Shown piece by piece: positions 63,345 through 64,000 of a stretch of 64,000 nucleotides of DNA. The notes under the pieces were generated by a model, which ran no database searches, was not told where the DNA came from, and was given only the letters and a program-made list of their open reading frames with translations. The position numbers and the translations under genes were made by a program. Source of the DNA: Strigamia acuminata (taxonomy: Eukaryota); the NCBI GenBank assembly GCA_949358305.1, contig OX442314.1:9052001-9116000 (forward strand). The letters run 5' to 3'. Position 1 is the first letter of the stretch. Each line of letters starts with the position of its first letter.

Positions 63345-64000
63345 TGTCACGGCCCGTGTTTCCTACGCGTACAGTTTACGCATTGTTAACCCGTGTTTGT
63401 TCCTATTAAACCTAATTTTGTCATCTTCTTACCTTTGTTGTTTTGTTTGTGTTTGATTCGTGAGTTTTCCTCATTTTCCTTCTATCTTATCTCTTACTCT
63501 CTCCTAACTTTCTCTTCATTCTCTCACTTTTCTCTTATCTACTCCTAGTTTTTCTTCTTTAGTTTATGATTTGGATGCAAACTTCTTTGCATATCTATTC
63601 TGGTCATCACGCGTCGTCATCAGTCATACTCATCAGTATGCACCGACAGTGGTGATTGGCTCTTGACTCTTCCGTGATTGGTCAGGCTTGGTTGAGTCCA
63701 AGTTTACCTCTCACCCTATTTTTCCTTTTTTGCTTCAGTTGATCTCAGTATCCCGAACGCGTAGGTGCTCCTTTGGAGCCAGTGCTCATGGCTGAGGTTT
63801 AACTCCGAAGCTCACTCGTGGCTTTGCTTTCGCCCTGGAATTCTGCAACACGGTTTCAGGCTTTCATTTCATTTCGCGTGTTAACTCACGGTTTTACACC
63901 ACTCGTTCACCATTTGTTTTCCTGCTCCTTTTTGTTCATGTTTTATCGCCGTGACGCGTTATCCAAGGCCAAACAGGATTTGTTGGCCATAAGTTTGAAG
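63345..64000 (+). mobile_element. Second X-family LTR in opposite orientation (runs off window)
   Basis: Starts TGTCACGGCCCGTG; diverged reverse complement of ~62405-63060. Confidence 0.9.

Noticed and set aside
62405..64000. Single DNA transposon or hairpin with long TIRs around the minisatellite
   Set aside because: Arms begin with TG at the inner edges and the left arm abuts a PBS and gag, so they are head-to-head LTRs

Overview
Eukaryotic, repeat-dense window (spliceosomal introns, microsatellites, a 200-N scaffold gap at 9442-9641) in three parts. (1) 1-10 kb: small intron-containing orphan genes (two paralogous coiled-coil genes, a catalytically dead retropepsin-like gene, a gene with tandemly duplicated exons), the 3' part of a TK1-type thymidine kinase and a truncated MYND-finger gene. 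(2) 10009-40760: a 30.7-kb non-coding array bounded at both ends by TTAA|CC...GG|TTAA (piggyBac signature). It has two end types, ~0.87-kb inverted arms, eight foldback cassettes of a palindromic GTTAAC satellite carrying 15 copies of a near-invariant ~95-bp core, 1015-bp tandem units and duplicated cargo, but no transposase. (3) 40.8-64 kb: two related Ty3/Gypsy elements. A young, intact 14,022-bp element (Y; 672-bp LTRs, GTTG TSD, extra 780-aa non-Env ORF) is nested in the integrase of element X (1132-bp LTR, tRNA-Phe PBS, four AT-hook motifs in Pol). X and a second X-family LTR in opposite orientation both abut the same AAGA register of a 20-bp AT-rich minisatellite, suggesting satellite-targeted integration. 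All calls were made by eye; no searches were run.
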